Positions 26,385 through 39,700 of a stretch of 64,000 nt of DNA are shown here, one piece after another. Position 1 is the stretch's first letter; the number at the start of each line of letters is the position of its first letter. Source of the stretch: Callorhinchus milii (Eukaryota). Both the position numbers and the translations under genes were made by a program. The DNA lies in NCBI RefSeq assembly GCF_018977255.1, contig NW_024704742.1, forward strand, positions 72,046,001-72,110,000. Direction: 5' to 3'. The notes under the pieces were generated by a model, which saw only the letters and a program-made list of their open reading frames with translations, did no database searches and was not told the DNA's origin.

Positions 26385-27228
26385 AGCATTGTTGGCAGCA
26401 TCACGTGGATGGTGATGCTGTCAGCACCTGAGTCTCTACACCTGACAGCATCACCAACCAATGATGCAGACTAAGCCAGGTGGAACCTTGACGTCTCGTT
26501 TGACCTTCAACTATCCTTTCTACCCCCCCATCCGTGCCATGACCTGCTCTGCCTTTTCCCACCTCCGCAACATCGCCCGGCTCCGCCACTGTCTCACATC
26601 GCAGGCCGCTGAGACCCTTATACACACTTCCATTACATTGAGGCTTGACTATGCAAACTCCTTGCTTGTCGGCCTCCCCAGCTCGTCTCTTCATAGGCTG
26701 CAGGTCATCCAGAACTCTGCAACCCGTGTCCTCTTCCGCACCAAACTCCGTGACCCTATCACCCCCATCCTCGCCCGACTCCACTGGCTTCCCATCACAC
26801 AGAGGATACAATTCAAGATCCCGGTCCTGACCTTCAAAGCTCTCCACGGTCTTGCTCCCCCCAACCTCTCCGACCTCCTCACCCCCTACCGTCCTGCTCG
26901 CTCCCTCTACTCAGCGGGCTCCGGCCTGCTTCATGTCCCCCGCCTTGCTTGCCCCACTATAGGCGGGCGGGTCTTCTGCAACTCTGCCCCACCCTCTGGA
27001 ACTCCATCCTGCAGTCCCTCCATCTCGACCTCTCTCTCCCCATCTTCAAGACCCACCTCAAGACCCTCCTTTTCGACTGTGCTTTTGATCTCCCTGCTTT
27101 CCTCCCAGCCCTCACCCCTCCCCCACCCCGACCCTCAGCTTGGATCCGAAACACTGTCTGTCCAGCGCCTTGGGACGTCCTCCCGACGTGAAAGGCGCTA
27201 TACAAATGTAATTTTGTTGTTGTTGTTC
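26385..27228 (+). mobile_element. 5'-truncated L2
   Basis: HLRNIARLRH, LHWLPITQRIQFK, (TTG)n tail. Confidence 0.88.
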
Positions 27229-27344
27229 TATGACAAATGTAAAGATTATTAATATTATCACTGGCTGGACAGTGCGCTGCTTCCACCAAGTGGTGAGAAG
27301 GCAGAATTGCCGCAAAGGTACCAAACTATTCTTAAAGGGAAGTG

Positions 27345-27555
27345 GCTGGGAACACTCAGCAGGTTAGGCAGCATCTATGGAGAAAGGAAAGTGAATCAAC
27401 GTTTCGGGTCCATGACGTGTCAGCGACCCATGGACCCGAAACATTGACTCACTTTCCTTTCTCCATAAATGCTGTCTGACCTGCTGAGTGTTCCCAGCAG
27501 CTTCTGTTTTTGTTTTCAGATTTCCAGCATCTGCAGTGTTTTATGTTTTATTCTA
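27345..27555. mobile_element. Penelope-type palindromic terminal fragment
   Basis: ~70-bp inverted arms 27345-27414 and 27429-27498, then TTTTCAGATTTCCAGCATCTGCAG tail (also near 7905-7945). Confidence 0.7.
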
Positions 27556-30500
27556 AAATGGACTTTGCTTCAGGCTTTGGTCTTGGCAACTGGCAAGAAG
27601 ATGAGTGGCTTCACTGGGATAGAATTCCTGTCTCCCCAGGTCACAGGCCATCTGTGTGGAGCGTATCTCTTTGCCTCCCCCTTGTCCAGGCCTAAGTGCA
27701 GGAAACACTTTGAAGCGCTTTGAAATGTCCTCGCAAAATGAACAGCACTGTATGAAATGCACGGTAATTATTATTAATAATATTAATAAACAGCCATTGG
27801 ATGGCCATCTTCCCTGTCAGACAGTCAGACTGTCCTGACTGCTCTCAATTACCAGCCTAGGGCTGGAGTTATTATTAGTAAAGAGTATGTTTGCAGAGTG
27901 GAGAGAAGGGAATTAAGAATTAATCCTGAAAAATAGACATTCTAAGAGCAAACAAAGTTAGATATTGTCCCACCTGAGAATGTAGACTATCTGTCGCTGT
28001 GTAGACTATATTTCTCTCCGTGGACCTTATCTGGAGTGGAGTCCTGTAGCTTAGTGTTAGCACGCTCACCTTGCAAGCAAGAGAACCTGGGTTCAATTCC
28101 TGGGCAGGGCAAAACCTTAGGCAAATTTCCTTACTCCACACGCCTCCATTTACCGAGCAGTAAGTAGGAACCCGGTTATTAGTTGATTGGTGGAACGCTT
28201 TCTGATAATCCCATCAAAAAAATAATAATTTGGTCACTCAATCCACTACTGTTTGTGGGACATTGCTGTGCGCAATTGCCACGTTTCACCCACAAGATAT
28301 ACAGTCCTTTACAGTATATTTTGTGAAGTGCTTTGAGACATCTCAATGCCGTGATAAGGAGCTCTATCAGATGCAAGGATTGTTATTATTATCATTATTT
28401 TCTCTGTGTAGAATGTATGTCCCTGTGTAAACGGGAGGTGAAGTGCTCTGAGACACAACCTGCATGAAGGGCATAACATAAATGCAAGTTATTGTTGACT
28501 GTATCTCTTTTTCTGCTCTTTTTCCCCACAAACCCCTCCCCCGAGCTCCTCTGTACAGTCTTGGACTCATTTTCAGAATCAGAAGCGAGAACTCTGCATG
28601 AGGAACCTTGAGGTTAAGGCTGGGGCCGAGCCTGTATCTGGGGAGAACGGGGAGAGTTGAGCAGGAAGAATAAGATCAGAGTCAGACCCAGCCTAAACCT
28701 CAAGATCTCCTCACAGAGAAGTCTCAGTTCCACTTCTGAGAATCAGAGGCAAAGACTGTGGCTGGAAAGAACCAGGCAATCTTGGATCTAAGGTTCCCAA
28801 AGCTTCCAACCTTCTGTAGACTAATCCATACAGAATTCCCCCCATCCACCCACAACCTCTCCCGCCACGACCTCTCCCTCCCCCTGCACTGCCACCAACC
28901 ACTGCACTGACTCCGGCTTTCATCTGATCGGTTCAGAAGTAGAGGACCCATCAGCTCTGATCTGTGACATTCCAGTGTAGTATTGGGAGAGTGCTGCATT
29001 GTCAGAGGTGCCGAGCTCCCATCTGCCTGTTCAGGTGGATGTTAATGTTCCTGCAGCGCTTATGGAAAAGAGAAGGGAGTTTCTTTCTCCCAGGGTCATG
29101 GCTGACAATCCCCCAAATAAAATTTGTCACCTGCACCATGGCTGTTTGTGGGACACTGGTATCTGCAACTGGCTGCCGTATTCACACGCAAAATACACAG
29201 TCACTGCACTTTACAATATATTCTGTGAAGTACTTTGGGACGTCTCAATGACATGATAAGGCGCTATATCAACAACAAGAGCAACAACAACTTACATTTA
29301 TATTGCGCCATTTCACATGGGGTAGCATCCTGGAGCGCTTGACAGTGGAGGGGTCTGACAACAAGCCAGGGGGTGAGGGAAGAGGGAGGAAACCGTAAGC
29401 ACGATCAAAAAGGAAGGTCTTTAGGTGCGATTTCAAGGTGGGGAGGGAGGGAGCAAGGCAGAGAGATTGAGGGAGAGAGTTCCAGAGTTTCTGGCGTAGT
29501 GGCTGATGGCATGGCTACCGATGGTGGAGGACTGGTGTGATGGGGATATGGAGTTTTGTGCGGATGAGTGTCTGGGCAGCAAATCAGATGCAAGGATTAT
29601 TATTATCATTCTGGAGCCCCCCCCTTATCCCCATCTACTTTTCTGTCTTCAACATTGGGCTGTTTTTGCTTTAGATTTCTCTGTAGTTCCCTCCCAAAAT
29701 AGTGAGAAACTCTCTCCACCGGGTGAGATGTGGTGGTCAGTCAGTGATCAGAGTCCAGCCATTTCTCACCATCAGCAAAATAACAGAGTTAGATTTCATA
29801 CACTCACAAACACTCTCACTAATACTCACACACACTGACACTCACTCACTGACATAGTCACTCACACATCTCACATCAACTCACACACATTCCCTGACAC
29901 ACCTACACTGATATTCACTCACACAAACACACTCACACCTATACGCACACTGATATACACACTGTCACTCACTCACACATTCACATACACTCACGTACAC
30001 CCTGTCTCACACACTGTCTCACACACACACTTGCACACTGTCACACACAAACACAAAGGATTATGAGGATGTGAAAGCCCAAACAAAGCTGCTGGTAGAA
30101 ATAGATGCTGGGCTATATTTCAGAGAAAATTGGAGAAAAAATAGAAAAGCAGAAATGCGGCAGTGTGTGGGTGGGGAGGGAGGGGAACCCTTGCACTGTG
30201 GGGGGAGAAGTGCGCTCTGTGTGTGAGAGGTTGGGGGGGGGGCGCCAATGTGGCAGCCAAGTGCATACAGCAGTGTCCCACAAACAGTGGTTGAGTGACC
30301 ATTTTGTTTATGGGATTATCAGCAACTAACATGGGCATTTAATGGGCTTCATTCTGCCTCTAATCCATCTGTCACTGACCTGGGAGTGTGGATGTTGAGG
30401 AAGGGGATGTGTCCCAGGCTGTTCCCGTGATAGTACTGACTTCCCCTTCACAGCCAGATTCAGTTTCTCTCAGTGTAGAAAAGAGGAAATGGCCCCGAAT

Positions 30501-30659
30501 CCAAACCAAAACAAAAGATCGCAGTATGTGTCCTCCATCTACACACAAACAACCCATTCCCATCCTCCCCTACCCCATCTCACTACTTTCAGTTCCTGCC
30601 CAGTCCAGCGAACAGGCCTGGCCTCCTCACTGGCAGACGCCCGGGACAGAACCTGCTTG

Positions 30660-30750
30660 ATGGACAGCCCCCCAAACCTGTCTCCCCCTACAATGCCGGG
30701 ACCCGGAGACCAGCACAGCCTGGACAGAGAGAAATCCCATCTCCTCACAG
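30660..30750 (+). CDS. SHTN1-like: Shootin-like coding exon 1 (MDSPPNLS...DREKSHLLT)
   Basis: ATG 30660, donor G|gtactg at 30751, phase 1 matches the next exon. Weak homology; the true start could be ATG 30693 or an upstream exon. Confidence 0.55.
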
Positions 30751-33700
30751 GTACTGTGTCTGTTTTTTGTCCGTCTGTGTCTGACACACACGGAAACCCA
30801 TCACCGTGCTTAAGAGTCTCCAAACCAAACTGAGAGTTATGTGGAGAGACTAGACAGGATGAAATTTTTCTCCTTAGAGCAAAGAAGGATGAGGGGAGAT
30901 TTGATAGAGTAGAAAAGGAGAAACTGTTTCTTCTGGTGGGTACGTTGGTAACCAGAAGATACAGTTTCCTTACTCTGCACTTCTAATAATAATCCCTCAA
31001 AAAAAGCAATAATAAATTGGTCATTTTCAATCCACGACTGTTTGTGGGACACTGCTGTGTGCAATTGGCTGCCGTATTTCACCCACAAATATACGGTCAA
31101 TTCACTTTAAAGCATATTCTGTGAAGCTCTTTGAAACGTCTAGAAGACGTGAAAAGCGCTATATCAATACACTTGAAAAGGATAAATTTGTAGGGCTATG
31201 GGTTAGGAGCGGGAGAGTGGGACTAATAATAATCCTTGCATTTCGCCTTATCACGTCTCCAAGTGGTCTTCTTCTGCGCTTTAAGATTCTATGATTCTAT
31301 CCCACCTACACATGGAAATCCCAGAGATAGATGCTGGAATGAAATGTGCACTCTCTCCCTGGAGGGATGCATCCTGCTTACATAATTCCTGAAAGTATTA
31401 GGCACAGACTGGCAAGGGCCAAGGCTTGGGGACCCGAGAATGGGCATTGTGGAGTCCTGTAGCCCCTACCTACCTGCCTGTACTCTCCGTTCCTCTGGCT
31501 CCGGTCTGCTCCACATCCCCCGCCCCAACCGCCCTACCATCGGTGGCCGGGCCTTCAGCCTCTCAGCCCTGAGGCTCTGGAACTCCATCCCCCAGTGCCT
31601 TCGCCGCCTCCTCCCTTTCCTCCTTCAAGGCCGGTCTCAAGACCTTTCTCTTTGACCGTGCCTTCAGCTCCCCTCTCGACTCTCTACCCCCTCCTCGCTC
31701 CCTCCCTTCCCTCCCCTCACCCTGACCACTTCCCCCCTGTTCGGTCCTGACCCAACTGTACAGCGCCTTGGGACGTCCTCCCGACGTGGAATCTTGTTGT
31801 TGTTGCTGTTGTTGGTTAGAGCACTCACCTTGCAAACGAGAGGACCTGGGTTTGATTCTTGGCAGGGCAAAATGTTGGGCAAGTTTCCTTACTCCACACG
31901 CCTCTGTTTACCTAGCAGTAAATAGGAACCCAGTTGTTAGTCAATTGGTGGATCGTTTTTCCGTGGGTAATAATTCCTTCAAGATAAATAAAAATAATTT
32001 GATCCCTCAATCCACGACTGTTTGTGGAACACTGATGTGCACATTGGCTGCCACGTTTCGCACACAAAAGATAATCATTTCACTTTACAGAATATTCTGT
32101 AAATGGAGTCCTGTAGCTCAGTGGTTAGAGCACTCGCTTTGCAAGCGAGAGACCTGAGTTCACTTCCAGGCATGTCAGGGCGAAACCTTGGGCAAGTTTC
32201 CTTACTCCACACACAGCCTAATAATAATCCCTCCAAAACCAAAAACAATAATAAATTGGTCATTTTCAATCTACGACTGTTTGTGGGACATTGCTGTGCG
32301 CAATTGGCTGCCGCGTTCGCCCACAAATATACAGTCAATTCACTTTACAGTGTGTTCTGTGAAGCGCTTTGGGACGTCCTCCCGACGTGAAAAGCGCTAT
32401 ATCAAATGCAAGGATTATTATTATTATTATTATTCTGTGAAACGTTTTGAGAGGTCTTGAAGACATGATATGGCGGCATATCAAATGCAGGGATTATTAT
32501 TATATAACTACTGGAGTCTAACCAACTGAAACCGCAAAGGTTGCCATTGAGAACACTGTCTCGTAAGCTTTCCCACTGCTTGTCCGTTAGGGCTTTGGCT
32601 TCCAGGGTTAACAGGAGTTGAGTCTAATTCACTGTATTATCTGTTTCCCTGCAGTGATTACAGAGAGCAGCGATGACTCAGCGGATCCCGATGAAAATGG
32701 GAAGGTACTGACACACCCCGAGGGAGAGGGCTTCTCACGAGGGACTTTTTTTTATTGTCAGGTGTTTGACAGAAACAGGAACCCATCACTGTGATCAGCC
32801 TTGTGTCTGACACACACAAAAACCCATTACCCTGGGGGCGGGGGAGGCCTTGGGAGGAGGGGTAAGGACTGGGAAGGTGGAGGGGAGGGATGGAATGGCT
32901 CGGGAATGGGAGGTGGGTTGATGTTCAATACACATTTACACGTGTATAGCACCTTCGATGTCGGGAGATCACCACAAGGTACTGGAATCCTGGCTGGTGC
33001 TGATGGAGGTGTGGCTTGATGTTACAGGATGAGAGGGAGAAGGACGAGGTACAGAAACAGCTGGAGGACATGGAAAAAGGTGAGAGGTCACTTTGTGATC
33101 GCCAGCTATAACTACTCCTTCACTGCCCACTTGTTTGCTGGGTTTAACAGGTAGTGGGGTTTGCCTACAAACACACAGCAACTGCACTTAACATTGGTTC
33201 AGCATCATAATATTCTGTACATTAAGAATATTAAATAATAATATTAATCCTTGCATTTGATGTAACGTCTTATCACTTGATTATTGAGGTGACTCAAAGC
33301 GCGTCACAGAATATATTGTAAAGTGAATTGACTGTACATTTTGTGGGCTAAATGCAGCAGCCAATTGTGCACAGCAGTGTTCCACAAATAGTCATGGATT
33401 GAGTGACCAATTTTTATTTTGAGGGATTATTACTCCCAGAAAGCAATCTGCTAATCGACTAACAGTCAGGTTCCTACTTACTGCTAGCTAAACAGAGGAA
33501 AGCGTGCTAACCACAACCCTACGGAACTTGATAAAGTACCTTTCACGTCGGGAGGACATCTGAAAGAGCTTCACATGATTTTACTATGACTGTGACTGTG
33601 TCTTTTGTGGGCAAAGACAGTAACATGCCACGAACAGCTATAAAGTGAATGGCTAACTTTATCTAGGGGATTGTTGACCAGGACCGGGAGAGAGAAACTC

Positions 33701-36700
33701 CTTTCTCTTTTCAAACAGCGCCATGGGGTTTTAAACATCCACTTGAGCATGCATAGACAGAACCTTGTTTAACGTCTCATTCAAAGGATGGCACCTCTAA
33801 CAACAATAACAACAACAAAATTACATTTATAGAGCGCCTTTCACATCAGGAAGATGTTCCAAGGCACTGGACAGTCAGGGGTCAGGACCCAAGCATGGGG
33901 GAGGGGTGGGGTAAGGGAGAGGGAAGGCAGAGAAGTAGGAGGGAGACCGAAGGCACGATCGAAGAGGATGCTCTTGAGACCGGCCTTGAAGGAGGCGAGG
34001 GAGGAAGTGAGGTGAAGGGACTGTGGGATGGAGTTCCAGAGTGTAGGGGCAGAGAGGCTGAAAGCTCGGCCACCGATGATAGGGTGGGTCGGGCAGGAGA
34101 CATGGAGCAGGCCAGAGCCTGCTGAACGGAGGGAGTGGGCAGATTGGTAGGGAGTCAGCAGGTCAGAGAGGTAGGAGGGGGCAAGGCCATGGATGGCCTT
34201 GAAAGTGAGGATGAGGATTTTGAATTCGATCCTCTGAGGGATGAGGAGCCGGTGGAGTCGGGCGAGGGTGGGAGTGATGGGGTCACGGAGCCTGGTCCGC
34301 AAGAGTACACGAGCTGCAGAGTTTTGGATGATATGCAGCTTGTGAAGGGAAGAGTTGGGAAGGCTGATGAGGAGGGAATTTCCATAATCGAGCCTTGATG
34401 TGACAAATGAATGGGTGAGGGTTTCGGCAGCCTGAGGGGTAAGGCAGTGATGGGCCAGAAGCTAGATAGCTGTGTTGGTCAAGGGAAGGTTTCTTCAAGG
34501 AGTGGGGTGACAGTGGTGGTTTTGAAGGGTGTAGGAACAGTGCCAAATGACAGGGAGAGGTTGATGATGTCGGAGAGTAGTGGAGCAAGGGGGTGGAGCT
34601 GGGATTTAAGCAGTGGGGTGGGGATAGGGTCCAGGGAGCAGGTGGTGGGTTTCATGGAGGATATAGAGGTGATGATAGAGGAGGGGGTTACAGGTTCAAA
34701 GGTGTGGAAGGAGGGATGGGTAATAGTCGGAGTGTGGGGTGGGGAGTAGGAAGGGGGTAGAAGTTGGGAGGGCAGTGGCAGCTGAGCGTATTCCCTCGAT
34801 TTTGGACTCAAGGAAGTCCAGCATTTCCTTGCAGTGGGAGTTGGAGGAAAGAATCTGCGAGGCGTGGTGGGGAGGGCGGAGGAGCTGGTTGGTGGTGGAG
34901 AACAGGAGCCTGGGGTTGCCCTTCGTCTCCAGGATTAACCTGATATAGAAGGACGATTTGGCTGAGGCGAGAGTGGAGCGATAGGTTTTGATGTGGTCCA
35001 GTCAGATGCACTGCACTGCAAGCACTGCACTAGAGCATCAGCCTGGACTGTGAGCTTAAGTTCCCCAATGTAAGGCTTGAAGCCATAACATCCTGACTGA
35101 GATTAGATTGTGAGTGATTGAACCGGGCTGATACCAGCTTATTCTGATAGGCATGATGGCTGGATGAACAATTTATTAGTAGTCAGCTGGGAGTCTGGTC
35201 TGGTCATCACTGGTCTGCACCTCCAAGTCCTGCCGATGAGCCAGGCTGTGCAGCATCCTGGAATACTGCAGACCCAACTGGCTCAGGAACCAGACTGGAG
35301 ATTGTCAGAGAGGGTGGGATAGATTCTGATATTCCATTGTTAGAAACCTCACCTTAGAGCTAGATCCTTTCTGATGTCCTGCCTATGACAATCCACTGGC
35401 TCCCTGTCACCAAATGGGTTGATTTCAAGATCCTCACACTCGTCTTCAAATCCCTTCATACTCTGACATCTCCCTACCTCTCTGACCTGCTTTCTCCCCA
35501 ATCCAGTACTTCCTGCAGCCTCCTGCTTGTCCTGCGTCTCATCCATTCCACCATCAGTGGACAGGCTCTCAGCTACTATGTCTTAACACTTTAGAACACT
35601 CTTCTTCTATCCCTCTGCCTTGCCCCTTCCTTCATCATCTTCCGGTAGCGCCTAAAGACCTTACTCTTTGGTCTTTAGCTTATGTAAGGTTTGGTGAGAG
35701 ATGAACAGATACCTGTATCTGGGTCTCTATCACAGCATCACTGCATTTAGCCGGCCTCCACGCAAATTGTAAAACAAGCCCAGCTTCCAAATCAAGATTG
35801 AATTTTGGCTCTTTGGCTTATGGTCACCTCCCACCGGTTCGGCATCAGGCTGCCAAGCGCTCTGGGATGCTACTCTGCTTGAGGTATGCTATATAAATGA
35901 AAGTTGTTGTGATTCTCGGTCAGTCTCCAGGCAGATTATCCAAGAGATGAGCGAGCTGGAGATGCAGTTGGAGATCGAGAAGACTTGTCGTGTGAACGCC
36001 GAGGTGTTTGCTGTGAAGGTCAGTCATCTCTCACTGAGGTCGGGATTCCCTCTAGGACATATCCAGCTGTGAGGGAGTTATAATAATAATTCTTGCATTT
36101 GATATGGCAACTTATTACATTATTACATCTTTGAGACATCTCAAAACGCTTCACAGAATATACTGTAAAATGAATGGACTGTATATTGTGTTGGCAAAAC
36201 TTGGCAGCCAATTGCTCACAGCAGTGTTCCACAAACAGTCATGGATTGAGTGACCCAATTACTATTATGATTATTATTATTTTTTGAAGGGATTATCATC
36301 CCCGGAAGCGATCCACCAATCAACTAAAAAACAGATTCCCACTTACTGCTAGATAAACAGAAGTGTGTGGAGTAAGGAAACTTGCCCAATGTTTTGCTCT
36401 GCCCGTAAATTGAACCCAGGTCTGCTCGCCTGCGAGGCAAGTGCTCTAACCAGTAAGCTACAGGACTTCATGAGTTGGTGCTCAGCCAGGCCTTGACACA
36501 ACATCAGGGGACCTGGGATCCCAGGTGGAGGAGAAGTAGATTTGGGTGTCCACATACAGTGTGGAAGTCATTTTCAAAGCCCTCCACAGCCTTACTTGTC
36601 CCTACCTCTGTGATCTGCTAACTCCATACCAACCTGTCCACTCCCTCTGCTCAGCAACCTCAGGCCTGTTCCACATCACGCCCTGCCTGCTCCACCATTA

Positions 36701-39700
36701 GCAGTTGAGCCTTCAGCCTCTCTGTCCCCACCCTCTGGAACTCCATCCCACAGTCCCTTCGCCTCGCTCGCTCCCTTGCCTCCATCAAGGCACACCTCAT
36801 TAGCTCCTGTCAGCGTCTCCACACCTCAGACTCTGACAGCATCACCATCCAAGGATGCACAACAACAACAACAAGATTACATTTGTATAGCGCCTTTCAC
36901 GTCAGGAGGAAGGCACACTCCACTTCACTGAGCCAGTTTGTAACCTTGATGTCTTGTTTGACCCTCAACTATCCTTTCTACCCCACATCCATGCCATGAC
37001 CCGCTCTGCCTTCCCCCACCTCTGCAATAGTGCTCGGCTCCACCTCTGCCTCACCCCTCAGCCTGCCAAAACCCTTGTACGTACATCTAGGCTTGACTAT
37101 GCCAACTCCCGGCCTTCCCAACTCTTCCCTCCACAAGCTGAGGTTCATTCAGAACTCTGCAGCTCATGTCCTCTCCCACACCAGGCTCCATGACTCTATC
37201 ATGCCCACCCTCGCCCGGCTCCACTGGCTCCCCATCCACCAGAGGAAAGCATTAAAATCTCTCGTCTTCATCTTCAAAGCCCTCCACGGCTGTGTTCCTT
37301 CCTTCCTCTGTGATCTGCTAACGCCAAATCAACCTGTCTGTTCCCACCGCTCAGCAGGCTTTCTCCACATCCCCCGCCCGGTCCACCCCAGCATCAGCTG
37401 TCGGGCCTTCAGCCTCTCTGCCCCCACCCTTTGGAACTCCATCCCACAATCCCTTTGCCTTGCTCCCTCCCTTGCTTCCTTCAAGGCCCATTTCAAGATC
37501 CTCCTCTTTGACCATACCTTCGGTCACCCTCCTACCCCTACCCTCCCTGCCCTCTACCCCTCCTGATCCCAAACCCCTGCTCAGGTCCAAATCTCTGTCT
37601 GTCCAGCTCCTTGGGACGTAAAGGGTGCTATACACATGTAATTTGTTGTTGTTTTTATTGTGTTATAGCCATTACACACGGTGTGTTATTATATAATATA
37701 CAATGTTATAGCCAGTAACACACAGCGACAATGAGGATTAATCTGTCACCATTTCCCAGGTGAACAAGGAGAATAAGAAGCTGGTACGGCTGAGTCGAGC
37801 GTTACAGCCTATGTGGGACTCTCTCCCAGATGACATTACCAAGCTCGGGGCTGAGGACAAGGAGACCCCCAACCCCACCTGCAACCCAGAGTACCAATAC
37901 CAGCTCCAGGTCAAAGGTGAGAGCAGCCCCATGCTGGTGATCTCTGTGTGAGTTACGGTTGTGTGCAGGAGGGTGGGTGGGTGGATGTGTGCACGCACGA
38001 GCGAGCGAGTGAGTGTGGCAGAAGACAGACCCTTCAGACTACCGGACAAGGATGGGCTAAGGTCCCAGATTTCTCCTAGTCTTAGCTCGTGGAGCATTTT
38101 GTTTGCAGGTTTACAGGGGAAGTTGCAGAAACTTCCACAATTCAGTTCTTAGCATAGTGGTTAGAGCACTCACCTTGCAAGCGAGAGGACAGGTGTGCGA
38201 TTCCCGGGCAGGGTGAAACATTAGGCAAATTTCCTTACTCCACACGCCACTGTTTACCTAACAGTAAGTAGGAACCTGCTTGTTAATCGATGGGTGGGCT
38301 GCTTTCTGGGGGTAATACTCCCTCCAAAAAATAAATAAACAAAATAATAATAATAATTTATTCACTCAATCCAAGACTGTTTGTGGGACACTGCTGTGCT
38401 GAAATTGATGCCACATTTCGCCCACAAAATACACGTTCACTACAGTTTACTGTATATTCTGTGAAATGTTTTGAGACGTCTCAACGATGTTATAAGGCGC
38501 TATATCAAATGCAAGGATTATTATACTATTGTACGTTTAATTTTTAAGAACTGTGGAAAAATAGCTCCCAAATTTAGCCTTGAATTAGGAATTCCCACAA
38601 TCCTGGGTCATAGCAAATGTTATGGCAAATAGGTCCCGTAGCTGAGACTAGGCGGAATTTCCGACCTGCTGTTCATCATATTCAATGTGCTAGTGACACC
38701 TGCTGGTGGAATGTCAGTGGTCCGTGCATCTTTCATTGTATTGTTTATTTGCTATGAACAGAGAGACAGAGACAGAGGACCCTTACGTTGTGTTTACTGA
38801 GATCTAAACACAACGAGAATAATGCTTAGACAAGAGTGAGTTACAAGGTGGAATCTAATCCTGGGTTCCAGGGGGATTATATATAGAATAACACATCCCA
38901 GGAGTGAGGTACAGGCTAGAATCTAAGGGAGTGGGGTTTATATATAGAATAACACATCTCGAGAGTGAGGTATATTGATGGTGCCACTACAATGTAAACC
39001 TGCCCCGGATTGTCAGTATATACCAACCCTCAACAACAACTTGCATTTATATAGCAGCCTTCACACGGGGCAGCGTCTCGGAGCGCTTGTCCCCCAAGAC
39101 AGGTCCTGTTGCTGCTTAGACTAATGGAGATATCTCTCTCTGGTCAGACCTTCAGGAGAGGATTACACTGCTGCTGGAGGAGAGGAGGGAGCTGAGCAGC
39201 TCGCTGGAGACCCTGCAAGCTCGATTCACCCAACTGACAGAAGAGGTGAGTCACCCCCAGGCTGTTTCGTCCAGCGGAGTCCTGTCACAGTGGTCACTGA
39301 AACCAACTGACTCCTTCCCCTCACTCCCACTGTATACACTCCCAATGGCCCAAACCCCTTCCTGTCCTCTAATATAATCCAGTTGCGCTGGGGATTTATC
39401 AGCCAGGACACCGTGAGAAACTCCCTTTTATTTTTGAAATACTATTGTGATACCAATAAAAACAATTTATACTTGCATTGTGCCGTTTACTTAGGGCAAT
39501 GTCTCAGAGCACTTCACAGCGGCGGGGTGGATGCTGAGTGTGGGGGAGGGCATCATCGGCACAGCCGAAAAGGTGCGTCCTAAGACAACTTGAAAAGGGG
39601 CGAGGTGGAGTGTGAGGCAATAAGGGGGAGGCCTAATTGTGAGATCAGGAAATGGGCAGCAAACCCAGGTTAGCTGAGCAGAGCAGGTAAGTGGAGAGGA

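Noticed and set aside
28577..28660. Possible exon after TTTTCAG
   Set aside because: The frames examined hit stops and show no homology; at most untranslated.
30059..30094. DYEDVKAQTK peptide resembling shootin-1 EYEDLRAE
   Set aside because: No credible acceptor (follows a CA tract), and the exon chain is complete without it.
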